A stretch of 64,000 bases of DNA, from positions 1,116,001-1,180,000 of the forward strand of contig MU008162.1 in NCBI GenBank assembly GCA_010909165.1, in the 5' to 3' direction. The position numbers and the translations under genes are program-made. The stretch comes from Anthoceros angustus (lineage: Eukaryota > Plantae > Anthocerotophyta). Below the pieces are notes generated by a model, which did no database searches, was not told the DNA's origin, and was given only the letters and a program-made list of their open reading frames with translations. Shown here in pieces: positions 26,133 through 39,060 of the stretch (positions within the stretch are counted from its first letter, which is position 1; the number at the start of each line of letters is the position of its first letter).

Positions 26133-27201
26133 GACATCCTGCCTGAATTCCTCCTCCTATTCTTCACATCGGAGCTGACCTGTGGAGCTACTGCAAGCTT
26201 CCCATGTACTAACTACTACACTACATTATCGTTGACTCCACATCCAACCTGTGACATCAGTGGATTGACCAACACATGTCGGCGCTGCCCAGACAGTACG
26301 TCCAGACGTACCTCTGCACTCTCTCCTTTCCAGATTGAAGATTTGTCGGTTGAAGCTCTGTAGGTTGTCTTTTTGTATCTGTTGCATTCATTTCTGACAG
26401 GGGCAGAGCTGGCGTTGGTTGTGGCAGGTTGGGAAAGCTCTTCTTCACAGACAGACGTGCACGGATGGCGTGCTGGGCAGCACACAGTACACCCACCAAC
26501 TTGGATCCTGGGAAGCCCCCTTTCCAGGCCAGTACACGAACCGGCTGCTCACTGGTGTCGCGTGAAGGGCCGACTGCACAAAAGCGTGCTTCCCCTTTTC
26601 CTCCCTCTTGGGTGGGGCAGTTGGATGTGTCACTTTTTCTTATCAGCTGCAGATTGCAATCTACCTCTCTGGGACACTCTGGTGGTTCAACTGGGCTGTC
26701 TTCATTCCATTCCACACTCTTCCCATCTCAACTCTGCTGTCCTCATCCATCACTCTTTCCGTGCGCTGTCACCAACCGGAAGGCCGCCTGCGACCTAACT
26801 TCCAAGACCAGTAGCGGCGATGCAAGGAATCCTTCAAAACCGCTGATTGGCCCCACCATCCGGGCAGCTTCCGTCGGGGTCGGGCAGCAACATCCCGGCT
26901 CATACGGCCCGTATGCGGTCTGTACACGTTCGTTGCCTCCATGTGCGTGTATGTGCGATGAAGACTTGAATACAAACACGGGTTTCAAAACCGTGCGGTT
27001 CTAAAACCGAAACGGTTGTCATTTATTCACGCTTCCGTTTTGCTGTTTCCACTAATTTCGTAAATCAGATTTAAATGCCGTACCCTCCCGGGCTGTTATA
27101 AGGTCATAAGCATTATGCGCGTCGACCACCATTGTTCTACCACTTGCCGCATGTGCAAGTGCAAAAAGTCGCTGGTGCAGTTCCTTGGAAGGAGTGGAAT
27201 C

Positions 27202-27385
27202 GGTGTGGTGAGGTTGCTATTCCTCCTCCTCCATTTGTTGAAACTAATGACACCAATTCAGCAGCAAAGGGTGGCGCTTGCAGAGAATCCGAGGGTGTGG
27301 TGAGATTGCTATTCCTCCTCCTTCATTTGTTGAAACTAATGACACCAATTCAGCAGCGAAGGATGGCGCCTACACAAAATCCGAG
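27202..27385. repeat. 92-bp imperfect tandem duplication (2 copies)
   Basis: ggtgtggtgag(g/a)ttgctattcctcctcc...aatccgag at 27202 and 27294. Confidence 0.9.
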
Positions 27386-27423
27386 CTTGATTCTTCCCAG
27401 ACAGCCCTTCCTTATGTAGTGAC

Positions 27424-27687
27424 CTAGCGGATTTACATGCCTATACCACTACAAGATTAGGGAATTCACATGCCTATTCCACTACAAGACTAGGGAATTC
27501 ACATGCCTATTCCACTACAAGACTAGGGAATTCACATGCCTATTCCACTACAAGACTAGGGAATTCACATGCCTATTCCACTACAAGACTAGGGAATTCA
27601 CATGCCTATTCCTCTACAAGACTAGGGAATTCACATGCCTATTCCACTACAAGACTAGGGAATTCACATGCCTATTCCACTACAAGA
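27424..27687. repeat. 33-bp minisatellite, 8 head-to-tail copies, no spacers
   Basis: Unit ctagggaattcacatgcctattccactacaaga; first copy degenerate, the rest have 0-1 mismatch. Confidence 0.95.
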
Positions 27688-28324
27688 AACATAAGGGTTT
27701 TGAACGTTGTAGAAACCTACAACACTTTTATAACGGGTCAAACTCTCGCTGTAAAAGTTTTGATTATTTTACAATACGGATGAGAGAGTAATTGGACGTG
27801 GCATCTATGTGAATCTAGTTAGGAGGGGTAAATTACTGAAGTGGCTTTACTTGACATGGTAAATTGACAGGGACGTTGCAACTACAATTGTAAAATGTTG
27901 GAAAGATATCTTTCACTTAGAATGAAAAGTATTTTTCAAAATATTTTATTAACTTGAATAATTTTAATAATTATGATATAGGCCCTTATACTAATGGACG
28001 TGTGTATTGATTGCATTGCACATTAGGTTGTAAGTATCTAGATACAGCAAATGACGTTGTAAAACTCCGGGAAGTTATTATTCACTTTAAATTATGAAAT
28101 ATATTTTAAAATTACTTCTTGAGGTGAATAATTTCAATATTTTTAAACCACGAGTGTCATCATTTTCTTACTTACATCACATCTTTGCTTACATATGCGG
28201 ATTGGGACATTCATTGTCTATTTCTCTTTCTGCATGTATGCGGGTTGGACCTTAAATTCATTCATTCATTCCTAATCCATTCCCACCACTCCGAGAAAGC
28301 CTCCAATATTAAAGTTTACTTGGT

Positions 28325-28453
28325 TTCGGGCGGTTGGTAGTTTTGAAATGCATGATCGTGGGGGCTAGTCCCCCTACATGGTGCCCTTCGTTGGGTTTTT
28401 CCCCTTTTGTTTTTGGGTGGATGAGATCTCTTTTTTATAATAAAATCTTCTTT
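28325..28453 (+). mobile_element. ~130-bp 3'-end fragment (extreme 5' truncation) of the CRE-like retrotransposon seen at 39.06-40.93 kb
   Basis: Aligns with 40794-40932, including the GGGGG-CTAGT-CCCCC hairpin and the ATAATAAA-TCTTCTTT end. Confidence 0.85.
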
Positions 28454-29939
28454 CCCTCTTGGGTTTAAACATTTCTGGATTTTGTGGCATCTTCGGTTAT
28501 ATATGCGAACAAGGCCTGAGAATATTATCCACAACAAAAAAGCTAAAAAAGCTCGAAAATATACGTGGATGCCTCATGGTCGTCAACCCGGTACAAGTCC
28601 GACATCGCTGGGTGGAAAAGCCACATAGTATTCAGACGTAGAACGTGGACGAATCACAGCTGACCGCTCCAACCGACGACAGCAGGTCCAACCAACAGGT
28701 AACGAACGAACTTCCCTTTATGCCAGATTTTTGTTGCTGCTACCGTCCAAAGTGGCGAAAGCGCACGTATGCATACGGGCATATCCACCAGAGCTTGGCG
28801 ACCGGCAAACCGGCAAACCGGCAATGACTTGACAGCCGTACAATCCGGCACGTGATAAGGCCAAACTCGCGGCAATGCTAATATCGTTGCAATGCTAATA
28901 TGGTTGCCATGTTGGTAGGTATGCGGCGGCGCACGAGTGGCGCGTCCTACGACTTAGAGTTGTCTTCAAAGCGAGGAAATTAGACTAGGAGTCGGTGAGT
29001 TTGGGTGTTTGGGTTCAGCGGGATTTGGAATCCGGATCGCAGAGGGACGCACCAGCAGGGCAGACAAGTCCCACGACACGTCCCCGCTCGGGTAAGAGCA
29101 AAATAAGCCCGCCCGCTCCTCACATTTCGCTGGCGGGGCTGAGCGACGTTGCGCGCCAGGATACAATATTCGGCCCGCCTCCTTCCTCCTCCGTGCCGGC
29201 CACTTCGCTTCGCTTCCCTTCCATTCCCTTGCGCTCTGCTGCTGCTGGGAAGCGTCCGCCTCTGCATTCCCCGCACGCCATTCTGCCCCGCCCCGGCGTC
29301 GCTGCTTCCGCGGGCTCCCGGATTCATTCGAGGGAGGACGGGAGGGAGGACGGAGGGACTTGATTTTGCGCCTGCTGTCATCGGCGGCAGGAGTGCAATT
29401 CTGGAGACCTGTCTTGTGTCCGGTTCGTTTTGTGAATGCTTCTGCGCTGTTGAAGCTGTGATGATGAGTTGTGGATCTCGGGATTACCGGGAGTAGTTGC
29501 ATGCAAGGCTGGGGAATTTGTAGGGATGGAGTGGTGGTTTGTGAGGCGTGGTTTGAAGTTTGGCGGAGCTGGAACGCTTGCCAGCAGCTCACGGTGGACG
29601 TTCGAGGAGTTTATGCCTTGTTTGCTTATATTTTGTTTTCGGTGCTTTGCTTCAGGTTTTGGTTTTGGCTTTAGGTGTGAGCGCCTGATTTGCGGGTGTG
29701 CGGGACCTGGGAGCTTGTGAGAAGCAGGAGATGGAGCTGCCGGCGAAAATGCGTGAAATTTGGCGGTCTTTCTACCGGGCGTGGATTTGCTGAGCTCACG
29801 TCGGGTCGTTTCCGGGAGTGTGGAACTCAAGGCGAGCTGTTGCGGTCATCTGCGGATTTGCTGGTTCTGGAAGTTGGAATTTTCTTTTCGGCGTCGGTGA
29901 TTTGATTTGGTGGAGATGGCGGGACTTAATTTGGTGGAG

Positions 29940-32780
29940 ATGGCGGCCGCCGCCGTTGGCAACGCGTCCTGCAAGTGCCCCAAACCTATGGCGGCCACCT
30001 CCAATGGCGCGTGGCAGGGGGACAGTCCGATCCATTTCGCCTTGCCTCTGCTGATTATTCAGATTTGTATTGTGCTCCTGCTGTCGAGAACGATTGCGGT
30101 CATTCTGAAGCCACTGAGGCAGCCTCGAGTTATTGCGGAGATCATTGTGAGCTTTCCTTGTCCGCCCGTTGGGATTCTCTCCAGGCTCAAGTTTGTCCTT
30201 TCAGTTGTCTTGGAATTAGAGCTCAGCAACGGCAGTTACTTTACTGCTTTCTTGCTTTCCATGTGCTTTTTCGCTCCTTGGCGGTTTGTGTCTGTCCTCT
30301 GACTTTTGCTTGTGCACGGCTGCAGGGAGGAGTTCTGCTTGGACCATCGGGTATTGGCCGCAATGCAGAATTTCTGAACAAGCTTTTCCCCAAACAGAGC
30401 CTGGTGGTATTGGACACTGTTGCCGGCCTGGGACTCATGTTCTTCTTGTTTCTTGTGGGACTTGAACTGGATCTGACTTCTGTCCGAAGGACTGGTCGTA
30501 GGGCCCTGGCCATTGCAGTAGCTGGAATTACTCTACCATTTGTTGCAGGGGTTGGAGTTTCGTTTGTTTTGCATAACACGATAGCTGGGAGTGTGAAATT
30601 TGCCCCGTTTCTGGTTTTCATGGGAGTGGCCATGTCCATCACTGCCTTTCCGGTGCTGGCTCGAATTCTTGCTGAGCTCAAGCTCTTGACTACAGAAGTA
30701 GGTCAAATGGCTATGTCAGCTGCAGCCGTGAACGATGTGGTTGCTTGGGTTCTGTTGGCCCTTGCAATTGCCCTGTCCGGCTCCTCCAGTACCACCGGCA
30801 ACAAGAGCCCTGCAGTTGTGGCGTGGGTTCTTCTTTCAGCAGCAGCTTTTGTGATCTTCATGTTTCTTGCGGTGAAGCCTGCTGTAACTTGGCTTATCAG
30901 AAGATCGGGGGATGGTCAACCTGGGGAGCTGACTATAGTGTTAACGTTAGCTGGAGTGCTGCTGGCTGGTTTCTGTACAGATTTGATTGGGATCCATTCA
31001 ATTTTCGGGGCCTTCCTGTTTGGACTCATCATTCCCAAGGATGGGCCATTTGCCGGGCAAGTGATTGAAAAGATTGAAGACCTTGTCATGACATTGTTTT
31101 TGCCCCTCTATTTCGCATCAAGTGGACTGAAAACCAATATTGGGTCTGTCCATGGAGCTCAAGCTGGTGGTTTATTGGTGTTGGTGGTAACTGTTGCCTG
31201 CGGGGGCAAGATTCTGGGGACGCTGTTGGTTACGTTGCTACATGGAGTGAAATTCAGACAGTCACTCACTCTTGGAGTTCTTATGAATACCAAGGGTTTG
31301 GTGGAGCTCATTGTGCTGAACATCGGGAAGGATCGCAAGGTATTTCATTGTTCATATAGCATTTTCCCTTGGGATAGCAGTGTCTGTCAACATGTGTAGT
31401 GAGGGTTGGTGTCTTGGCGAGTCATTCCAGTGACTGATGAAATTGTGTGCGCAGGTTCTGAATGACGAAGTTTTTGCGATAATGGTTATCATGGCTCTAT
31501 TTACGACATTCATAACCACGCCGATCGTTATGTTGCTATATAAACCAACAGGACTTTCGGCTCCCCCCTACAACAGGAGGAAGCTGGACATGGAGTCGAG
31601 GAAGGAGGAGTTTAGACTTCTAAGCTGTGTGCACGGAGTGACGCATGTTCCCTCCATGATCAATCTGACGGAAGCAAGTCGGGGAACAAGGAAGCGTGCG
31701 GTGCGGCTCTTCATTTTGCACCTGGTGGAACTGTCTGAACGTTCTTCTGCCATTAGGCTGGTACAGCGTGCAAGGAGGCATGGCCGTCCCTTTTTCAACA
31801 GCAGTGTGGGAGCACAAGAGAGGGACGAAATCGTAGTTGCCTTTGAGGCATATGCCCAGTTATCAAAGGTGACAGTGCGACCCATGACTGCCATTTCTAA
31901 CTTGTCCGATATGCATGAGGACATATGTGCAACTGCAGAAGATAAGCGAGTTTCCATCATCTTTCTGCCATTCCACAAGCACATGCGGGTGGATGGTGTT
32001 TTGGAGGGAGGAAATGCTGGCTTCCGTGCAGTCAATCAGAAGGTGCTGCAGCATGCTCCGTGCTCTGTGGCCATTGTGGTCGACAGAGGCCTTGGTGGAG
32101 CTCAAAGGGCTTCCAGCACCGTGGATCACTCAGTAGCTGTGCTTTTCTTTGGAGGCCAGGATGACAGAGAAGCTCTCGTCTTAGCCAAGAGGATGGCTGA
32201 GCACCCGGGTGTTAAGTTGAAAGTGATCAGGTTCAAACAGGACCCCACGGCACAGGATCAGCCGATAACCATATCTGGTGAGGAAGGTGCCCCTCCAGCA
32301 CCTGGACATGCACGATCAGGTGGTGGTCGCCCCAGTAAGTATTCTTACGATTCTTACCACATAGTGATCGCGGGAATTGATGCCCAAAAGCAGCAGGAAC
32401 TGGATGAGGACGCTCTGGCTCGAGTCCAGGAGGAGATAGCACAAGTTACTAGCGGTGCAGAAGCGCCATCTATGGTATTCGAGGAGTTATCCATCCACGA
32501 CCCTGTGCAAGCAGCTCAGCGAATCGGAAGGTCTAACGAGTTTGACCTGATAATTGTGGGGATGGGTCGGAAACCAGGCGCTCTGATCGCCAGTTTGGCC
32601 CACCATCCGGCGGAACATGCGGAGCTGGGACTCATCGGTGATGCGCTCAATGCATCCAGCGGGCCGCAGACCAAGGCGTCAGTACTGGTCGTCCAACAGT
32701 TTGATCCGGAGCTCATGATCGGAGGCAGGGTGACCATTCAGGAGGGCGTCAACTCACCGGACATCATCGGCTCGGCATGA
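29940..32780 (+). CDS. CHX: Cation/H+ exchanger, CPA2 (CHX) family, CHX20-like; copy 1
   Basis: Exons 29940-30146, 30326-31339, 31455-32780. MAATSNGAWQGD.P.HFALPL, RQPRVIAEI, TAFPVLARIL, AAVNDV, SGLKTN, LMNTKGLVELIVLNIG, C-terminal USP-like domain. An in-frame upstream ATG at 29916 comes from a 24-bp duplication. Confidence 0.95.
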
Positions 32781-33074
32781 CATCCAGGGTGAAGGTGAAC
32801 GACCAGCCTTGAGGCAATCCGTCAGGAAGGATTTTTGTCTGGATGAGTTCCTCGAGTTGTACTATAGAATCTACGATCTGTAATTGGAAGGTGGGGGTTA
32901 GGAGTTTTAAGGACCTTGTCACTGATTTCCATTGTACATACATCTTGGCTCCCGGAGCCTCCCGCGCTTCACTCGGTGTGGTGAAATGCCATAGCTTTTG
33001 GGTAAAAAACGTGTTATAGGTGCTCTTTTGACTACCTATGTAGTTACAGGCTCGGGAAAACTTTCACACTGCTG

Positions 33075-34358
33075 GACTGTTCATAGTTTGGACACACCTG
33101 ATTTCTTGAGTTGTGAGTGCAGGATGCCATGGCTGCCCACCAATTTAGCAACTATAGTGAGAGGACTCAAGCATCCTTAGCTTGCTGGAGTGCCGATGGA
33201 TTAGGATTTAACTTGATCAGAAGGGTTTTGAGTCATATACGCGAAGATGAGAGGGAAGGTGCAGTACTAGTGTTTGTGACTGGATGGGAAGATATTGGTG
33301 CTTTGTTGAACCTATTGCTCCTTGGGTGTCATGGGTCAATGGGCACAGCGGAACAGGTGTGTCGTTCCCCTATCCCTTCCGGTTGTTATTTTGGTTGTGA
33401 GTGACAGAGGCCACTTTGCTAACACCTGTAGCAATCTTCTGTTACAGAGACTCATATCTTTGACAAGCCTCCACCCGGTATGCGAAAAATGGTTTTGGCA
33501 AAAATATGGCTGAGACAAGTATCACCGTCCCAGACGTGGTTTTTGTGGTGGATGCTGGGAAATGCAAAGAAACATCGTGTGATGCTGTTAACAACACGCC
33601 TTGCTTACTACCTTCCTGAATTTCTCAAGCATCAGTGCGACAAGTGAGTCCATTACCCTATCTGTCTTACAGTTACAAAGCAAGGAGGTTGTAGATAGTA
33701 TCCAGGGTGGTTGTTAGAGTGAGCTGCAGGACGTGGCCTGGTCTTTGAGATGACGTTACTACGGGGGCTGTTTACTGCCTGTTTCAGAGAAGAGGGAGAA
33801 CTGGACATGTCAAGCGTGGTGTCCGTTACCATCCATCTATATCCGAAGGCTGTTCATGACGCACTGCGATAGTACCAGCAGCCAGGGCTGCTGCGCACTC
33901 ATTGTGCTTACAAATCAAAAGTCTGCAACCTGGGAACATTTCAGCATTTTTGTCCAGAGCACTGAAATGCGCAATACAAACCTGCCAACATGCCTGCTGA
34001 ATTCCTCCCTCGTTCTTTACATGGGAGTTGACCTGTGCATCTACAGCAAGCGTAAATGTACTATGCCAGCCACTAGATACTGTACATTCTCGTTAACTGC
34101 ACATCCAACATGTACCAGCAGTGGGTTGACCAATTCATGACGGCGCTGCCCAGATTGTACGCCCAGACCCACCTCTGCACTCTCGTCTTTCCAGCTTTGT
34201 TGGGTTGACGCTTTATGTGTTGGTGTTCTGACAGGGGCAGAGCTGGCGTTGCTTTTGGATGGTTGAGAAAGCTCTTCTTCATATGCTTGCACAGATGGCG
34301 TGCTGGGCGGCACACAATTACCAACACACATCAACTTGGGTCATGGAAAGCCACTTTT
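33075..34358 (+). pseudogene. Intron-retaining internal fragment of the DExH helicase gene joined to its 3' flank
   Basis: 33075-~33965 parallels 23040-~23990 ([19 protein letters not shown]..., introns kept, 36-bp deletion, frameshifts); from ~33985 it parallels 26135 onward (3' UTR/flank). Confidence 0.9.
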
Positions 34359-35202
34359 CCCGTACACCAACTGCGGTCCAGTGGTGTCACGGGAAGGACC
34401 GACTGCACACATTATGAAGCCTTGTTCCCCTGTTCCTCTTGGGTGGGGCAGTTGGACGTCATTTTTTTTTTATCACCAGCAGCTGCAACTCGGCTGTCTT
34501 CATTTCTCACTCCTCCCATTTCAACTCTGTTGTCCTATGTTTGATGGGTTCTCCCCACCATCTCTTCCCCCCATTAAAGAAACCTCCTTTCAACTCGGCT
34601 GTCTTCATTCCTCACTCTTTCCATTTCAACTTTGTTCTCCTCCGTTGAATGGGCTCATCTCTTCCCCTCACTAAAGAAACCTCCTTCCAACTCAGCTCTC
34701 CTCAGTCATCACTCTTTCCTTTTCCACCAACAGGAAGGCCTGACCTGACTACTAGAACCCAATAACGGCACTCGTCCCGTACACCAACTGCGGTCCAGTG
34801 GTGTCACGGGAAGGACCGACTGCACACATTATGAAGCCTTGTTCCCCTGTTCCTCTTGGGTGGGGCAGTTGGACGTCATTTTTTTTTTATCACCAGCAGC
34901 TGCAACTCGGCTGTCTTCATTTCTCACTCCTCCCATTTCAACTCTGTTGTCCTATGTTTGATGGGTTCTCCCCACCATCTCTTCCCCCCATTAAAGAAAC
35001 CTCCTTTCAACTCGGCTGTCTTCATTCCTCACTCTTTCCATTTCAACTTTGTTCTCCTCCGTTGAATGGGCTCATCTCTTCCCCTCACTAAAGAAACCTC
35101 CTTCCAACTCAGCTCTCCTCAGTCATCACTCTTTCCTTTTCCACCAACAGGAAGGCCTGACCTGACTACTAGAACCCAATAACGGCACTCGTCCCGTACA
35201 CC
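34359..35202. repeat. 417-bp tandem duplication (2 apparently identical copies + 10 bp), homologous to the DExH 3' flank at ~26540-26830
   Basis: cccgtacacc starts at 34359, 34776, 35193; the ORF track gives identical peptides for both copies. Confidence 0.95.
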
Positions 35203-35454
35203 CATGTTCATACGGACACTGTACTCACCGGTCCGTACCGGGCCCCATTCTGGATCGCGGGGACCCACTGATGAAGCCTCACGTCACCCGTGACAACCCT
35301 GGAAGGAAGAAAGCGGGCGCCCAGTAATGGTACCCAATGCCGATCGTGTTTCTCTTCGCCTGCCGGTCCCATAACGCCTTAACGCCTTTATTCCGGCTAC
35401 ATACAGACGGTGGGTGGATTTGCGGCATCGCTCACCCTATCCTGGCCTAGGGAA

Positions 35455-35725
35455 CAGAGTTTCAGATTGACTGCGTCCCAAAATCATTGGACAGGCTTAT
35501 GTCATGCGTGCCATGGATGGGCCACCATATTTTATGAAATTTCATTGGTACACAATTTATCCATATATTTATTTGAATAACTTTTAAAATACTCAATAAA
35601 TAACCGTAATGTGAAAAGGGTTCCAATGTACCTGACACTGAGAGGGCCGAAAAGTATCGGGTCCCTGTCCGGTGAAAATGCCAGTCCACGGGACCGATAG
35701 AGTAGCCGGTCAATCTGAAACGCTG
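35455..35725. mobile_element. ~271-bp MITE with 17-bp TIRs, hAT-like CAG end
   Basis: CAGAGTTTCAGATTGAC (35455-35471) and GTCAATCTGAAACGCTG (35709-35725) are inverted with 1 mismatch; subterminal GTCCC/GGGAC motifs; no 8-bp TSD seen. Confidence 0.65.
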
Positions 35726-38700
35726 CTCCACCACACGTGTCTCTGATCTGCTGCCCTGATGTCTAGGGCCGCCGAATATGCAACATGCAAATATCCCCAC
35801 AATCTGGGGCGGTCGGTAGGATAGACGGATATACCGTTAACACTCTGTGCTTGGCCGAAAATATCTTCAGCCAGCGGTTGCTAAGCACTCCTGCTTCCAA
35901 TCGAAAACAGCTTTGAAGAATCTTCTGAGCCTGGTCCAAGCCTGTCCTGTGTATGTATCGCATGTCTTTTTTGAAATAGTGGGCCAGCTGGGCACTACCA
36001 AGAAAAACTTAGTGCTATCAAGTTGCAACGTGATTCAGAATATGCCATGCCCGAAGATATAGGTAGGATTGTGCACATGTGAGAAAAATATTTTTATATT
36101 TTTATATTTGCGGTACCTTTTTAAAAAACAAACCAAAATGAATTTTTATATTGGACCACTTGACCTGCCCAAGGAAAATATTGAGATGGATTCCTATATT
36201 GTACTAGTGGACTTGTTGAATTTTCATAGGATTTATGATAATATGAGTGGATGATTTTGGTATGCCTCTTTGAGTTTCGTAGAATTCTTGACAAGTTTAA
36301 TGATTCAATATCGCAATCATTCACCATGGATTTTAATAGTAGAACGCTCAACTCATTCAAATCGAATCTTTGACCCATGTTCTTTAACATTGTGCACAAT
36401 TGTTGTATGATACTGTTCCATATTAAGGTTGCCTTTCCTGGAGAATTTTGCTCTCTATATTATATCTAGTCAAAACTCGAAAGAATATTTTAGAAAACTC
36501 ACAAACCTATCAAGAAACGGAAGTCGTTATCACGTGGATGGTAATCGATGGTCTTTTTCTTGGACTTTATACTTTTTGTCAAAATATTTTATAATATGGA
36601 ACGTAAAACGTCTTAACATGAATTAGTATCATACAATGTGCACAATGTTGAAGAACATGAGTCAAAATACTCGACTTGAGTAGGTTGGACATTCTAGGCT
36701 TAAAGCTATCCAGAGGTACATGTTAATACGTTAGCCCTTGTTCGTCTCGTACAGATAATTATAGATCCTCATAAATTATCGTATTGCTCCAAAAATCCGA
36801 TGTAATGATACCCAGCATCAATAATTTGCTCCCATGCCACCCCCAATCCTCAGCGTGAGGCACAACAATAAAAAACAAGACTGATTTTGATGTTTGCCAC
36901 ATGCTAGCGGCGTTGGCATGGTCCAATTACATACACTTGTAGGACCATGTTGCGGCAAGCTTCAAATTGTTACCAATTTCTAAAGGAGCTCCTCTCCAAC
37001 CTCAGACTCGAGCTCGAGCTCGAGCTCACGTCGTATAGAGCGGGGCCGTGAAACATTTGTTGGGCTTTATGCAAAGGCACCTCTTCCATCTTAGAATGTG
37101 TGTGTGGGCATATTTGCTCATAAGAAACCTCCCAAACCGTTTGTTACTCCTCACCTTGACCCATTAGCCTGAATCCTTACGCATAAATTTGCATGCCTAT
37201 TTGCAATAAGAATGCTCACATGGTGTACTGGGATGATCATTTGCATGAAAACAATCTAGCCCCTTCAGTAAGGCGGAATCAGTGACGAATTCACCACTTC
37301 AGTGACAATTTCAAGGGTTCTATCATAGCATTTGGCTTAATAACCGATGTGAAGTGGGCGTTACATAAACAATAATTTCGAGGGTACGACTGGAAATGTA
37401 TAATGCATAATTATGGGGACAGTTAAGTGGGGAATAGTTCAATGGGGAGAGTATATCTCTCAGGGTATGAACTCAGTAGCATGCAAAGACCTCTGAGAAC
37501 AGGGCAATGGCGGAACTTGGGTTGTCTGCAGTTATGAAAGAACTCTGACAGTCTTCAGCCTAAACACAGAGCAGTTTTGGTTAGTGGCAATAGTTCACAA
37601 CACAACGTTCCTGGTTAGGCAGGGACAAAGTTAGTCTATTCATTTGTATCAAGCGGGTCAGCACATGAATGTAAATGGCTAGACTCTATTGCATGATATG
37701 ACTAAGAACCAATGCAAAGAGGGAATTCTCAAAAACTCTATACAACAATCCGGAAACCAGAGGGAGGAATGGGCTTCTAAGCCCACCTCTTACTCAGTTG
37801 TCATCATCATACCATGTACAAGGAAAATAGTTAGAGGCATAAGGGCAATTGCCCTATCTTTGAGAAAGGCCTGTGATTTTTGAACCTAGCTTTATAGTTC
37901 TCTTGCCTTCTCTGCGCTTTGTATATCATTAAAGGCTCAAGTGAAGTAGCCTTCCTCCTTATCATTAAAGTGACGAGGATGGACAAAACAAAGATGGAGA
38001 TTAATAAATTAATGAAGCGCGCTCGCATTAAACGAGAAAACGATCTTGAAGGAGCAAACAGACTGCTCAAACTTCTAGACATAATAAAAGCTGCAACGGA
38101 TCCACTTCTACCAAAGCTCCAGCACGATACACACACACACATATTATATTGCACACTACTCAGCCATGGGCCAAGCTTGCAGATGTGTGGGGATATCTTT
38201 GAATACGCTTCTTGGTTCCTGTCTCTAATAGGACTCCGGTTAGCTCTTAACCAGAGTGTACCTGTGCGTGGCTGTGACAAACGAGAAGGCGCAAGGTGGT
38301 CTGTGTCGCAGCGTACTACGTTCGGAACATATGCTCTGATCCGGTGCCACCTTCTCGAACACACCTGCTATAATAGATCTAAGACATCATCGTTATGAAG
38401 TAAGATGTCTAGGTATGCATCTTACTTTGGTCACCCATAGTTGATATTGTTGTAGGTGGGATAAAGAACTCCTTCATGATGATAACAATCAGAATAAAGA
38501 AACAGGATTCTAATAACAGCCAGATTACCATCTTTCTGCATCTTCCCTTGCATCTTTCTATAGTGTTATCGACATCATCTCCAAGATCAATACCCTACAA
38601 CGGACTATCTTCCATTGTGAAACTTGTGCTCTATGTTTTAGTTTTACCCACTAGAGCTTCCATCACCCTTAACTACAGCCTCATCAGGTAAGGTATAGCC

Positions 38701-39060
38701 TTGCTCTTCAATCTCACTAATGCAAAGGGCAATGGTCTCATCAAGGTCCATGAGCATATCCTTCAACTTCAAGATTAGGACTAGAGTAGTAGGCATCGAC
38801 ATGTACCTCAATTTCGAGGCTAGTACTAAAGTGACAAACATAACATCACCTATTAGCTTGTTCCTTACAAGTGATTTGATACTTGTGTGGTGGTCAAACC
38901 TCTGGCATTAAACCATGAAAGATATCCTTATTAGTTCAAGGAGCCATAGCCACTACCACTTTCAGCAACACCTTGGGCAACAAAACGCCCACAAAACACA
39001 CATCTAAGCTAGTATTCAAAACTAAAATTTCAACAAAGTATCTAATATTAAAGTTTTTTT

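Noticed and set aside
27424-27687. 33-bp repeat array as a CRISPR
   Set aside because: Units are contiguous with no unique spacers, there are no cas genes, and the context is eukaryotic.
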